Assembly: GCA_963719495.1 (NCBI GenBank)
Contig: CAVRCI010000001.1
Location: 256,001-320,000, forward strand
Direction of reading: 5' to 3'
Length of the DNA stretch: 64,000 nucleotides
From: an uncultured Verrucomicrobiae bacterium
GTDB lineage: Bacteria; Verrucomicrobiota; Verrucomicrobiia; Chthoniobacterales; JAATET01
The notes beneath the pieces were generated by a model. That model saw only the letters and a program-made list of their open reading frames with translations, was not told the DNA's origin and searched no databases. How positions within the stretch are numbered: position 1 is the stretch's first letter; the number at the start of each line of letters is the position of its first letter. This document shows, piece after piece, positions 1 through 9,642 of the stretch. The translations under genes were made by a program, and so were the position numbers.

Positions 1-623
1 TCGATACTGAGAACCGATCCGATCGCGGTGAAGCCACTGCCATCGTCGAATTCCAACCCGTAAGTCTTGGCGTCCAGATTCACGGTGAGCCGGAAGACGA
101 TGGGCGACGACAGGGTCAGCCCGAGAATCAGATCATCCGCGCTCGAATTATCGAACCCGGTGTCCGAGAAAGACCCCACTCCCACGTCCGCGCTCCCGAC
201 GTCGAATTGGAAACCCGCGATGATCACCGCGGCGGGGTCGTCGTTGATGAGCGTAAAGCCCAATCGCGGACTCGACGTGCCGAAGTCCCAGCTACTCACG
301 GTCACGTCCAGCGTGACGAAGCCGCTTGTGATGTCGGAGCCACCGTTCACCAGCGCGTAGGATCGGATCCCCCCCGTGCCGAAATCAACACCGCCGATCG
401 TCAAACTCCCGATCCCGTCCGTCGCGACCCCCGTGATGTCGGAATCGAATCCGATTCCGCCGGGTGCGCTGTTGGTCACGCTCGTCAGCCCCGTCCCACT
501 CGCTTCGTCGAATTGAAAACTGTCGACGACGGTCTGCGCCCGCGCCCCGTGAGTCGCCAGCCCGAGAGCCAGGGTGGCGATACCGAGAATCCCGGCGGCC
601 ATTCGATTGATTGAATTCTTCAT
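1..623 (-). CDS. Secreted Gly/Ser/Thr/Asp-rich protein, partial (runs off window start); possibly PEP-CTERM type
   Basis: Not in the ORF track. Manual translation from ATG at 623 gives MKNSINRMAAGILGIATLALGLATHGARAQTVVDSFQFDEASG..., a signal peptide with an ARA cleavage site, open to position 1. Confidence 0.8.
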   Translation of the reverse strand, partial: MKNSINRMAAGILGIATLALGLATHGARAQTVVDSFQFDEASGTGLTSVTNSAPGGIGFDSDITGVATDGIGSLTIGGVDFGTGGIRSYALVNGGSDITSGFVTLDVTVSSWDFGTSSPRLGFTLINDDPAAVIIAGFQFDVGSADVGVGSFSDTGFDNSSADDLILGLTLSSPIVFRLTVNLDAKTYGLEFDDGSGFTAIGSVLSI

Positions 624-782
624 GATGTGTTGGTTGGTATTTTTTTGTCCCCAGCCCGCGAACGATTGACCCGCCCCCGGTTTTGATGCCGCGAGTCTCG
701 CCGATCAGCGAGATTCGTCCATACGCCGAAGGTCGTATATGGGCGGCTGACAGATCCGACCCTCGTTGCTAGGCTTCCCGCG

Positions 783-1931
783 ATGAAGCGCGCGGCGGCA
801 GCTCACGAGTCCTTCGACCGACTCTACGATCACCTGCTCGCCCTGCACGGGGCGAACGACGTTCGTCCGCTCTGGAAAGCGATGCGCGACCTCCTCCTCG
901 CCGCCGCCCCCAGCCACCGGGTCACCCTCTTCCTCGGCCACATCGGCATGGGCGACGCCCGCATGGTCTTCACCGACCCGCCCATCGAGAACGCCGCCAA
1001 ATGGTACGCCGACCGCGGCAAAGACAGTCCCTTCAACGGCTTCATCATCAAAAACCGGAAGCTCAAGCACTACCTGTTCAGCGACATTCTCCCGCCGCGC
1101 GCCGAGTTCCTCAAAACCCCTTTCGCCCGCCGCGTCGCGAAAGCCGAAGGCTGGGACAAGGGCGCCTCCTTCCTCTTCTGGGACAAAACCGGCGTGAAGG
1201 CGATGTTCAGCCTCTACCGATCCGCCCGCCAACCCGAGTTCACCGAAGGTGAGATCGCCCTCCTCCGTCGGCTCTACCCCTTCCTCGAGATCGCCATCGA
1301 CCGCGTCGCGCACACCCAAAGCGAACGCCAACACCGCCGCGGCCTCGAGGACTTCAACAAACGCATTCCCATCGGCCTCATCCTCCTCGACTGGGAACTC
1401 CGCCCACTCTTCGCCAACGAGGAAGCCCAGCAAAAGTGCCTCCTCTGGCAGCAGGGCTCGGACGATTCCCGCGCCTTCAATGCCCGGGAAGTGTTCGCCG
1501 TCCCCGACGAACTCGTCTCCGCCTGCGAGCAAGTGAAAGACCGCTTCATCGTCGAGGCGATGAAAGCCAGCCCCGACGCCGACTCCGTCCAATCCAGCGT
1601 CATGCACCCGACCGTCCCCGGCCTCAAAGCCACCGTCTCGATGGTCAGCCGCGCCGCCTCCAGCATCGCAAAACCCCGCCTCCTCATCCTCATCGAACAC
1701 CGCGCGACCTCCGCCGAACTCCGCGGCCGCGACGATGCCAAGGTCGCCCTCCTCGCCCGGCTCACGCCCTCGGAGAAGGAACTCGTCGAACACGTCTGCC
1801 GCGGCCTCAGCAACCAGGAACTCGCCGACCACCTCCACAAAAGCATCCTCACCGTGAAGACGCAGCTCACCAGCATCTTCCAGAAACTCAACGTCCCCAA
1901 CCGGGGCCGCCTCATCTCGCTGCTCAAATAA
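783..1931 (+). CDS. LuxR-family HTH transcriptional regulator with N-terminal sensor-like region
   Basis: C-terminal LTPSEKELVEHVCRGLSNQELADHLHKSILTVKTQLTSIFQKLNV is a LuxR HTH. Confidence 0.85.
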   Translation: MKRAAAAHESFDRLYDHLLALHGANDVRPLWKAMRDLLLAAAPSHRVTLFLGHIGMGDARMVFTDPPIENAAKWYADRGKDSPFNGFIIKNRKLKHYLFSDILPPRAEFLKTPFARRVAKAEGWDKGASFLFWDKTGVKAMFSLYRSARQPEFTEGEIALLRRLYPFLEIAIDRVAHTQSERQHRRGLEDFNKRIPIGLILLDWELRPLFANEEAQQKCLLWQQGSDDSRAFNAREVFAVPDELVSACEQVKDRFIVEAMKASPDADSVQSSVMHPTVPGLKATVSMVSRAASSIAKPRLLILIEHRATSAELRGRDDAKVALLARLTPSEKELVEHVCRGLSNQELADHLHKSILTVKTQLTSIFQKLNVPNRGRLISLLK

Positions 1932-3246
1932 ATTCGAACAACTCCCCGAGCTGCAGGATACCACCCAGCTCGACCAGCGCCCGCCGCGATTCCTCGCCCA
2001 ACGCCGGGTCCGCCAAGTCCGCCGGCCGCAATTCCTCACGGTAATTCCGCGTCACCCAATCGACCAACTCCCCGTCGAGCGCCGGATTGAAAAGCACCCG
2101 CCCACGCACGCGGTTCAACTCCTTTTCAGTCAGAACGACCCGCAGCCGCAGACAAGCCGGCCCGCCCCCGTTCGACATGCTCTGCCGCAAATCCAGGTAG
2201 CGGACTTCCGCCAGCGGGCAAGCCGGATCCGCCACCAACCGCTCGATCAGCGACCGCACGGAATCCGATTCCCGGCATTCCATCGGAGCAATGAGCGCCA
2301 TCCCCGCTTCATCGCGAAGGTCGACGATCTGACCATTGAACAAATAACTCGCCACCGCCTCCTCCAGCGACACCTCCGCGTTCGCCACGACCCGCACCCG
2401 CAAGTCGTCGCACGTCGCCCGCTCGCCAAAGACGGTCCGCAATTCCGTGCACACCGCGTGCGTCCCCTCGAACGCGCTCTCGTGACACAGGAAAAAAGAC
2501 CGGTTGCCCGTCGAGATCACGTCGTTGTGAAAAACCCCAGCGCCGATCGCCGAAGCATTCTGCCGCGCCAGGACGACGGTTTCTGGATCCAACCGATGCA
2601 AACGCGCCACGGCCAGACTCGCCTCCCGACCCTGCCGCGCCCCGGCGAGCCCGCCTCCGTGCACGAAAAGATGAATCCCCCGCTCCCCGTGCGCGTCCCC
2701 GTGCCCGCACAGCCTCACGTGATTCGCCGCCCCCTCGTCGCCAAATTCCGCGCACGCCGGCAGCGCGTCGTGAACCACGAAACACTCACCGTCCGCAAAG
2801 ATCGCCCGCAACACCCGGGTCGAAAACTCCGTCTCCAACGACCGATGCAGGTGCGACGCCAGGTTGGCCGGCGTCAGATGCACCCGCCCGTCCGCCGTGT
2901 CCGCCGACGGCGCGACCGTCGCGAGATTCGCCGCCCACATCGCCGATGCCGACGAGGCCGCCGCGAGAACATGAGGGGCAACGTCCGCCGCTTCCGCCGC
3001 CGAGCCAAAACCCAACCGCCGCAGCGCCTCCAGCGACGGCCGCGGGTGCGGCGGCAGCACCGCCTGCCGCACCCCCATCCCGTGCAGCAGCCTCATCTTC
3101 GCCAATCCCTCGAGCGCCGCCGCCCTTGGATGCGAGACCTGCCGCCGATGCGCCCGCGAGGCGTTGTTCCCCGCCGACAACCCCGCGAAATTATGCGTCG
3201 GCCCCGGCAGCCCGTCGAAGTTCACCTCGTAAGACCGCTCGATCAT
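1924..3246 (-). CDS. astB: N-succinylarginine dihydrolase
   Basis: EVNFDGLPGPTHNFAGLS, SASAMWAAN, FGDEGAANH, GVFHNDVI and SMSNGGGPACLRLRV motifs. Start at MIERSYEV overlaps the astA stop. Confidence 0.95.
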   Translation of the reverse strand: MIERSYEVNFDGLPGPTHNFAGLSAGNNASRAHRRQVSHPRAAALEGLAKMRLLHGMGVRQAVLPPHPRPSLEALRRLGFGSAAEAADVAPHVLAAASSASAMWAANLATVAPSADTADGRVHLTPANLASHLHRSLETEFSTRVLRAIFADGECFVVHDALPACAEFGDEGAANHVRLCGHGDAHGERGIHLFVHGGGLAGARQGREASLAVARLHRLDPETVVLARQNASAIGAGVFHNDVISTGNRSFFLCHESAFEGTHAVCTELRTVFGERATCDDLRVRVVANAEVSLEEAVASYLFNGQIVDLRDEAGMALIAPMECRESDSVRSLIERLVADPACPLAEVRYLDLRQSMSNGGGPACLRLRVVLTEKELNRVRGRVLFNPALDGELVDWVTRNYREELRPADLADPALGEESRRALVELGGILQLGELFEFI

Positions 3247-4256
3247 CGCAACGCCACCCAGCTCACCACGTCGCCCACCCCGACCTCCAGCGCCGCCGCC
3301 GTCGGACCGTCCAACCACACGTCCGCCCCGTCCACCTCGAGCAACCCCGTCGTCACGCGGAAATCCAGCCGCCCGTTCGCCACCATCCATTCGCTCCCGC
3401 CCGCGATCTCCCTCACCCCAGCCAGTCGTCCACACCGCCGCTCCCGCACCGTCCGAACCTCGTCCACCTTCGCCGACAGCAACGGACCACCGTCGAAGAT
3501 ATCCACCCGCTCCCAAAACCGAAATCCCTCCCACTCCAACAAAGACCGCGCCGGCCGCGTTTCCACGTGCACCTGCCCAATGGCCGCCCGCGCGTCGTCC
3601 GGCAACAAAAACGCGTACACCGGATGCTGCGGCATCAGATCCGCGATGAACGTCTTGTTCCCGATCCCGCTCTGAAAATCCGCGGACCGAAAATCCGAAT
3701 TGAAAAAATGCGACCCCACCGCGTTCCAAAACGGCGCGCCCGTCTCCCGGTCCGACACCCCCCGCATCTCCGAGATCACCACCCCCTCGAACCGCTCGCG
3801 AAACGCCGCCAGGAACAAAAACCGCCCCAGCGACAGCAACCGCCCGCGCCCCCCGCCCCGCGACTTCGGCCGCAGATACAGCGAACAAATTTCCGAAGGC
3901 CCGCTGTGCTCCCGCACCAGATGCAGCACCTCGAAGTCCCGCGCCACCGCGAGCGCGTCGTGCCGGTGCGTCTCCCGCCGGATCTCGTAGGTGTAGAACG
4001 GATCGAATCCCCCGACCTTCGCCGCGATCCCCGACACCCCGAGCAACTCCCCCGACCCCGCGTCCTCCAGCCCGAAGAGATAGACCTGATCCCCCGGCCG
4101 CGTCACCCCCCGGCGGAACGCGTGCACCGACTCCGCCACCCGTCCCGCCAGAAAATCCTCGTCGTCCGGCAGGCTCGTCAGCGCGCACGGCTCCCGCCGC
4201 ACCATCTCCACGATCCCCCCCAGATCGCTTTCGCAAACCGGCCTCACGACCCCCAT
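3243..4256 (-). CDS. astA: Arginine N-succinyltransferase
   Basis: LTSLP, SEICSLYL, GRLLSLGRFLF, ISEMRGVSD, PFWNAVGSHFF and VDIFDGGP motifs; adjacent to astB. Confidence 0.93.
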   Translation of the reverse strand: MGVVRPVCESDLGGIVEMVRREPCALTSLPDDEDFLAGRVAESVHAFRRGVTRPGDQVYLFGLEDAGSGELLGVSGIAAKVGGFDPFYTYEIRRETHRHDALAVARDFEVLHLVREHSGPSEICSLYLRPKSRGGGRGRLLSLGRFLFLAAFRERFEGVVISEMRGVSDRETGAPFWNAVGSHFFNSDFRSADFQSGIGNKTFIADLMPQHPVYAFLLPDDARAAIGQVHVETRPARSLLEWEGFRFWERVDIFDGGPLLSAKVDEVRTVRERRCGRLAGVREIAGGSEWMVANGRLDFRVTTGLLEVDGADVWLDGPTAAALEVGVGDVVSWVALR

Positions 4257-4347
4257 TGTAGCGGCGCGTCTAGGACCGCCGCTGGCTCCGCGACGATCGA
4301 TCCCCGCCTCCCCGTCCCCCGTCCGGCGGTCACGGACCGCCGCTACA
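4257..4347. repeat. GTAG-tagged REP doublet (REPIN-like)
   Basis: tgtagcggcg...gaccgccg and the inverted ggcggtcacggaccgccgctaca; same family at 9528-9615. Confidence 0.75.
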
Positions 4348-4366
4348 GCCACGCCCTCCACCGACT

Positions 4367-5968
4367 TCATCGCGCAAACGGCACTGGCACCAGACTCAGC
4401 TGCTTCAGCCGCCGGTCGTTGTAAGGCGTCCCCCGCCACCCCGCGACCGCCGGTTGTTTGAGGATCACCTGCGTCGTGTAGAAAATCGGGATCGCCGGCA
4501 GTTCCCGTAAAAATTCCCGCTCCGCCTCGATAAAAAACTCCGCCCGCTCCCCCGCGTTCCCCTCCGCCTGCGCCTTCGCAATCCACCCGTCGAACGTCGC
4601 GTCGCTCCACCCCGCCTCGTTGAAATGATTCCCCGTCGTCCACGCCCCCAGAAAAAATTGCGGATCCTGAAACGTCGCCGCGTTCCAGCTCCCCCGCGCC
4701 AGGTCGAACCGCCCCGCGTTCTTCGTCGCGATCAGCACGCGCGTCTCCTGACTCGATATCTCGACCTCGATCCCCAGATTCTTCCGCCACATCTCCTGCA
4801 CCACCTCCGCGATCAACCGGTGCGGCGCCCGCCCGTCCACCAGGATCTCCACCGACCTCAGCCCCTTCCCGCCCGGATACCCCGCCTCCGCCAGCAACCG
4901 CCGCCCCTCCGCCACGTCATACCGCAGCACCCGCGGCGGGTCGTAACCCGGCATCCCCGGCGGACTGAACGACTCCGCCGCCCGCTTCCCACCCCGCAGC
5001 ACGTATTTCACCAGCGCCGCCCGGTCAATCGTCAGCGACAACGCCCGCCGCAACCGCACGTCGTCGAACGGCGGCCGCGTCACGTTCACCGTGTAAAAAT
5101 AAATCCCGAAATCCTCCAGCGTCTGGATCCACTCCGGATACTTCTCCTCGTAGAGCGCGATCTTCTGCGGCGGCACCGAACTCGTCAGATGCAGCTGCCC
5201 GCTCCGAAACGCCGATTCCTCGGTCGTCGAATTCTCGATCGGCAAAAACGTCACCCCGTCCAGCGCGACGTTCGCCGCGTCCCAATACTCCGCGTTCTTC
5301 GTCACGATCACGTGCTTGTTCGGCGTCCACTCGCTCAGCCCGAACGGCCCGTTCCCCACCAGGGTCCCCGCCCGCGCCCACCCCGTCCCCCGCTCGTCGA
5401 TCCGCCCATACGCCTCGATGTTCGCCCGCTGCACCGGATAGAATTGCATCAGCGCCGACAGAAAAAACGGCGCGGGTTGCGTCAGCTCCATCTCCACGAT
5501 CCCCGGCTCCGGCGACCGAATCCCCACCTCGCCAAAATCCGTGACCGTCCCCTCCTGATAAGCCGAAGCGTTCCGCACGAACGCCAGAGTGTCCTCCACT
5601 TGATACGACCCCAGCTTCGGCGACAAAATCCGCCGCGCCGAATAGAGAATGTCCTCCGCCGTCAACGGCGACCCGTCGCTCCACCGCGCGTCCTCCCGGA
5701 TGTGAAACCGATACGTCAACCCGTCCGCCGACACCGTCCACCGATCCGCCACCCCCGGAGCCGGTTCCAAGGTCACCGGATCCGCCACCACCAAACCCTC
5801 GAAGAGCGCGCCGATGATCGTCCACTCCGCCGCTCCGCGAACGAGATAAGGGTCCAGCGACTCCGGCTCCGTCGAGTTCCCCTTGATCAGCATTTGCTCC
5901 CCCGCCAAACCCCACGACCCCGCCCCCGCGATCAGCAGAACACCAAGCCATTGCGAAACGAACTTCAT
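4367..5968 (-). CDS. Peptide ABC transporter substrate-binding protein (OppA, family 5)
   Basis: Signal peptide; EPESLDP, LFEGLV, PGVADRWTVSADGLTYRFHIREDARWSDGSPLTAED, GNGPFGL, PPFDDVRLRRALSL. Confidence 0.92.
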   Translation of the reverse strand: MKFVSQWLGVLLIAGAGSWGLAGEQMLIKGNSTEPESLDPYLVRGAAEWTIIGALFEGLVVADPVTLEPAPGVADRWTVSADGLTYRFHIREDARWSDGSPLTAEDILYSARRILSPKLGSYQVEDTLAFVRNASAYQEGTVTDFGEVGIRSPEPGIVEMELTQPAPFFLSALMQFYPVQRANIEAYGRIDERGTGWARAGTLVGNGPFGLSEWTPNKHVIVTKNAEYWDAANVALDGVTFLPIENSTTEESAFRSGQLHLTSSVPPQKIALYEEKYPEWIQTLEDFGIYFYTVNVTRPPFDDVRLRRALSLTIDRAALVKYVLRGGKRAAESFSPPGMPGYDPPRVLRYDVAEGRRLLAEAGYPGGKGLRSVEILVDGRAPHRLIAEVVQEMWRKNLGIEVEISSQETRVLIATKNAGRFDLARGSWNAATFQDPQFFLGAWTTGNHFNEAGWSDATFDGWIAKAQAEGNAGERAEFFIEAEREFLRELPAIPIFYTTQVILKQPAVAGWRGTPYNDRRLKQLSLVPVPFAR

Positions 5969-6081
5969 CCGCCCCGACCCTACCCGATCCCGAGCCCCCG
6001 CCCATACACCGAAGGTCTGATATCCCACCCCCACCGCCGAATATCTTCGCTCCCCCCGCACCCCCCGCCAAAGATCATCGC

Positions 6082-7065
6082 GTGAAATCCACTCTCATCC
6101 TCGTGCTCACCACCGGACTCGCCACCATGAACGCTATGACCGCCCGCACCGCCACCTCAACCGAATCGACCGGCCCCGACTACACCCTCTTCGAACTCGG
6201 TAATCCCGACGTCACCACGCCGACCACACCCGGCCTCCTCCTCATGGGCGGCGGCGGCGATGTCGACGAAGCCATCCGGTGGTTCATTCAGCAAGCCGGC
6301 GGCGGCGACATCGTCGTCCTTCGAGCCGGCGGCGGCGACGGCTACCAGGATTACTTCCACTCCGAAATCGGCGGCATCAATTCCGTCACCAGCATCGTCT
6401 TCGATTCCGAAAAACCTTCCTCCGACCCCGCCATCCTCGACCGCGTCGCCAAGGCGGAGGGCATCTTCATCGCCGGCGGCGACCAGGCCCGTTACTACCG
6501 ATTCTGGGCCGAAACCCCCCTCGCCGCCGCCATCACCAAACACCACGCCGACGGCAAACCCCTCGGCGGCACCAGCGCCGGCCTCGCCGTCCTCGGCGGC
6601 CAGTGCTACTCCGCCCGCAACGACACCGTCATCTCCAAGGAAGCCCTCGCCGACCCCTTCGACGACCGCGTCACCCTCGACCCCGGCATGTTCGACATCC
6701 CGATCATCGATCACCTCCTCACCGACTCCCATTTCAGCCAACGCGATCGCCTCGGCCGCCTCGTCACCTTCGTAGGCCGCCTCCGCGCCCAGACCCCGCC
6801 CATCGAGCTCATCGGAGTCGGCGTCGACGAGCGCACCGCCCTCTGCGTCGAAGCCGACGGCACCGCCAAAATCATCAGCCCGGACGAAGGCACCGTCACA
6901 CTGGTCAAGCTCACCACCCCCCCAAAGACCGTCGAACCCCAAAAGCCCCTGGAAGCCGAAGGCATCCAGATCCAAGTCCTCCCCACCGGCACCACCCTCG
7001 ACGTCGAAAGCCTCGACCAGCAATTCGAGAACACCCCCACCCAGACAGAAGCCGACCTGCAATAG
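6082..7065 (+). CDS. Secreted cyanophycinase-family serine peptidase (S51)
   Basis: LLMGGG, IFIAGGDQ, nucleophile GGTSAG, DSHFSQRDRLGR (His plus RxRxxR), GVDE; hydrophobic N-terminal signal. Confidence 0.85.
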   Translation: MKSTLILVLTTGLATMNAMTARTATSTESTGPDYTLFELGNPDVTTPTTPGLLLMGGGGDVDEAIRWFIQQAGGGDIVVLRAGGGDGYQDYFHSEIGGINSVTSIVFDSEKPSSDPAILDRVAKAEGIFIAGGDQARYYRFWAETPLAAAITKHHADGKPLGGTSAGLAVLGGQCYSARNDTVISKEALADPFDDRVTLDPGMFDIPIIDHLLTDSHFSQRDRLGRLVTFVGRLRAQTPPIELIGVGVDERTALCVEADGTAKIISPDEGTVTLVKLTTPPKTVEPQKPLEAEGIQIQVLPTGTTLDVESLDQQFENTPTQTEADLQ

Positions 7066-7070
7066 TCCAA

Positions 7071-7190
7071 GGAACGGCGGCATCCCGCCGCCGAAGTCCG
7101 GCAAATCGAGCAAAGCGAGAGAGCCGACCCCTCGAGGAGCGGCGATTTACAATCGCCGAACCAACCCAATCCGGCGAAGCCGGACACTTG
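7071..7190 (+). repeat. Composite palindromic repeat (family B/C)
   Basis: Hairpin modules shared with 21431, 26397, 50627 and 63354. Confidence 0.75.
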
Positions 7191-7266
7191 CCGAAGCTTC
7201 ACCATCCGCGCAATCCGCGTAATCTGCGGTCAAAACTCACCTCACCTTACCCCAGCGCCCACCCCA

Positions 7267-8655
7267 GTGACCCTCCTCGCCGCCGCCACCAGCACCGCCG
7301 CAGCCGCCAGCACCGCCGCCCCCCCCGCGCTCCCGATGATCCTCATCGGCGGAGTCCTCATTCTCACGTTCATTGCCATCGCGTTCGAGCTCGTCCACAA
7401 AAGCCTCGCCGCCCTCGCCGGAGCCATCGTCGCCGTCATTCTCGCCCTCTCGCTCGGCGTCTTCCCGGGAGAAAAGCCCTACGAGACCGTCTACAACTTC
7501 ATCGGCCACGACCTCGGCGTGATCGGCGTCATCGTGGGCACCAGCATCCTCGTCGGCATCACCGCGAAGTCCGGCCTCTTCCACTTTATCGCCATCAAGC
7601 TCGTCAAGCTCACCCACGGCAAACCCGCCCTCCTCCTCCCCGCTGTGATGGTCGCCACCATCGGCTTCGTCACCTTTCTCACCATCGCGCCCGGCGTCCT
7701 CATCATGACGTCCCTCGTCCTCGTCATCACCAAATCACTCGGCTACAAGCCCGTGCCCTACATCATGGTCGTCGCCATCGGCGCGAACTCCGGCGCGCTC
7801 ATGACCTTCGCCTCCGGCATCCCGACGCTCATGATCGGCACCAGCGCCGGCATCCCCTACGTCGACTTCCTCCTCGTCTCCACCCCGCTCGCCATCCTCT
7901 CCGCCGTCCTCGCGTTCTTCGTCATCCGCTTCTCCTACCGCAAGGACCTCGTCGCTCTCGGAGATCCGATCGAGCGCCGCGAGAAGGTCGCGCAGTTCGA
8001 CGAATGGGCGCTCGTGAAAGACCGCTCCATTTTTGCCCGCTGCGCGGTCATCCTCGGCTTCACCATCCTCGGATTCGCCTTCGCCCAGCAGCTCGGCGTC
8101 GGCCTCGACTTCATCGCCTTCTGCGGAGCCGCCGCCGCCCTCCTCTTCTCCGGCTTCGACACCGAGGACGCCATCCGCGCCGTCAAGTGGCCGATCATTC
8201 TCTTCTTCGTCGGCCTCTTCGTCCTCATCGGCGCCGTCCGCGAGACCGGGCTCCTCGAGATCCTCGCCCAACAAATTTTCCTCATCTCCGGCACCAACGT
8301 CTTCATCGCCATCGTCATCCTCGTTCCGTTCGTTTTCATCACCGCCGGCATCGTCGACAACATCCCCGTCGCCGCCACGATGATCCCCATCACCAAGTCC
8401 ATGATCGCCTCCGGCCTTCCCGCCGAGCCGCTCTGGTGGGCTCTCATCGCCGCCAGCAACCTCGGTGGCAATCCAACCCCGGTCGGTTCCATCGCCGCCG
8501 TCATCGCCCTCCACGCCCTCGAAAAAGAGCGCGGCATCACGATCGGCTGGGGTGAATACCTCAAGGTCGGCGGCCTCGTCACCCTCCTCCAGATCCCCCT
8601 CGTCGTCGGCTACTTGGAACTCTATCGCTGGCTCGACCTCTTCCCAAAACTGTAA
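7267..8655 (+). CDS. ArsB/NhaD/SLC13 (ion transporter superfamily) permease
   Basis: About 12 TM segments; ANSGALMT...SGIPTLMI, AGIVDNIPVAATMIP, ASNLGGNPTPVGSIA. Confidence 0.85.
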   Translation: MTLLAAATSTAAAASTAAPPALPMILIGGVLILTFIAIAFELVHKSLAALAGAIVAVILALSLGVFPGEKPYETVYNFIGHDLGVIGVIVGTSILVGITAKSGLFHFIAIKLVKLTHGKPALLLPAVMVATIGFVTFLTIAPGVLIMTSLVLVITKSLGYKPVPYIMVVAIGANSGALMTFASGIPTLMIGTSAGIPYVDFLLVSTPLAILSAVLAFFVIRFSYRKDLVALGDPIERREKVAQFDEWALVKDRSIFARCAVILGFTILGFAFAQQLGVGLDFIAFCGAAAALLFSGFDTEDAIRAVKWPIILFFVGLFVLIGAVRETGLLEILAQQIFLISGTNVFIAIVILVPFVFITAGIVDNIPVAATMIPITKSMIASGLPAEPLWWALIAASNLGGNPTPVGSIAAVIALHALEKERGITIGWGEYLKVGGLVTLLQIPLVVGYLELYRWLDLFPKL

Positions 8656-8685
8656 CGCGAGCTTCCCGCTTGCACCCATCCGCTC

Positions 8686-9516
8686 ATGAACGACGCCAAC
8701 GACCGCGACATCGACGACAACATGGACCGCTTCGAGGCCGCCTCGTCGGCCCGTGCCATCACCCTGCCCACCATCGACCTGACCCGCATCCTCCTCGCTC
8801 TCGACGGGTCCAATCAGGACACCCCCGCCCGCGATCTCGCCGAGCGTTTCGAAGCAACGATCTCAACCGCCAGCCTCGACTCCGACGACTCACCCCACCG
8901 CCAGATCCTCGATCAGTGCCGCGAATCCGGCAGCGACCTTATCGTCGTCCCCGCCCCCTTCCGCGAGGACTTCGCCGAGCTCGGAGCCGCCAGCATCGGG
9001 TCGAATCTCGACCGCCTCCTCAGCCAACGCGACACCCCCCTCCTCGTCGTGCGCGACCCCGACCGCGCCAGCGAGAACCTCACCCGCGAGATCGTCCTCC
9101 CGCTTTCCTTCGTCGCCGCCGAAGACATCCGCGCCGCGGCCTGGGCCTTCCGCACCCTCGCCCCCGGTGGGCGCATCCGCATCCTTGCCGTCGTCGACAC
9201 CGAACATCTCGTCCGCGACCACAGGCTCGAAGGCGGTGCCCTCGACGTCGAGGACCTTGAGGAATTCGACCTCGCCGGACTCGATCAACCCGGGATGGCC
9301 GGCCTCATCGCCGCCGTCCAACGTCACGCCGCCGAGAACGACGTCGGCTGCCGGGTCAGCATCCGCGTCGGTGCCACGGTCAAAGCCACCGCCGAATTCG
9401 CCAACGCCCAGCCCTGCATCCTGGCCGTCACCTGCCCCCTCGACGACACCGACCCCGCCTACGCCGACGTCCACAGCCTCACCCGCCAAAGCCGCAATCC
9501 GGTCCTGATCGTTTGA
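8686..9516 (+). CDS. Universal stress protein-like (tandem USP)
   Basis: RILLALDGS, SDLIVV, IGSNLDRLL...PLLVVR, and C-terminal SRNPVLIV; follows the permease. Confidence 0.75.
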   Translation: MNDANDRDIDDNMDRFEAASSARAITLPTIDLTRILLALDGSNQDTPARDLAERFEATISTASLDSDDSPHRQILDQCRESGSDLIVVPAPFREDFAELGAASIGSNLDRLLSQRDTPLLVVRDPDRASENLTREIVLPLSFVAAEDIRAAAWAFRTLAPGGRIRILAVVDTEHLVRDHRLEGGALDVEDLEEFDLAGLDQPGMAGLIAAVQRHAAENDVGCRVSIRVGATVKATAEFANAQPCILAVTCPLDDTDPAYADVHSLTRQSRNPVLIV

Positions 9517-9527
9517 TCCCAAAGATC

Positions 9528-9615
9528 TGTAGCGTCGGTCTGTGACCGTCGCTGACTTCATCCGAAACACATCCGCGGCCAAACCACCCCCCGGCGGTCA
9601 CAGACCGCCGCTACA
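9528..9615. repeat. GTAG-tagged REP doublet
   Basis: tgtagcgtcggtctgtgaccg ... ggcggtcacagaccgccgctaca as an inverted pair. Confidence 0.75.
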
Positions 9616-9642
9616 GCGCCGCGCCCTCCGTCGCATCCTCCC

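Noticed and set aside
1924..4236. 770 aa AstB with long N-terminal extension, and similar extended starts for astA, the GlmU-like gene, nuoK and the prepilin-type gene
   Set aside because: The extensions overlap neighbouring genes or repeats. Starts were reassigned to where family similarity begins.
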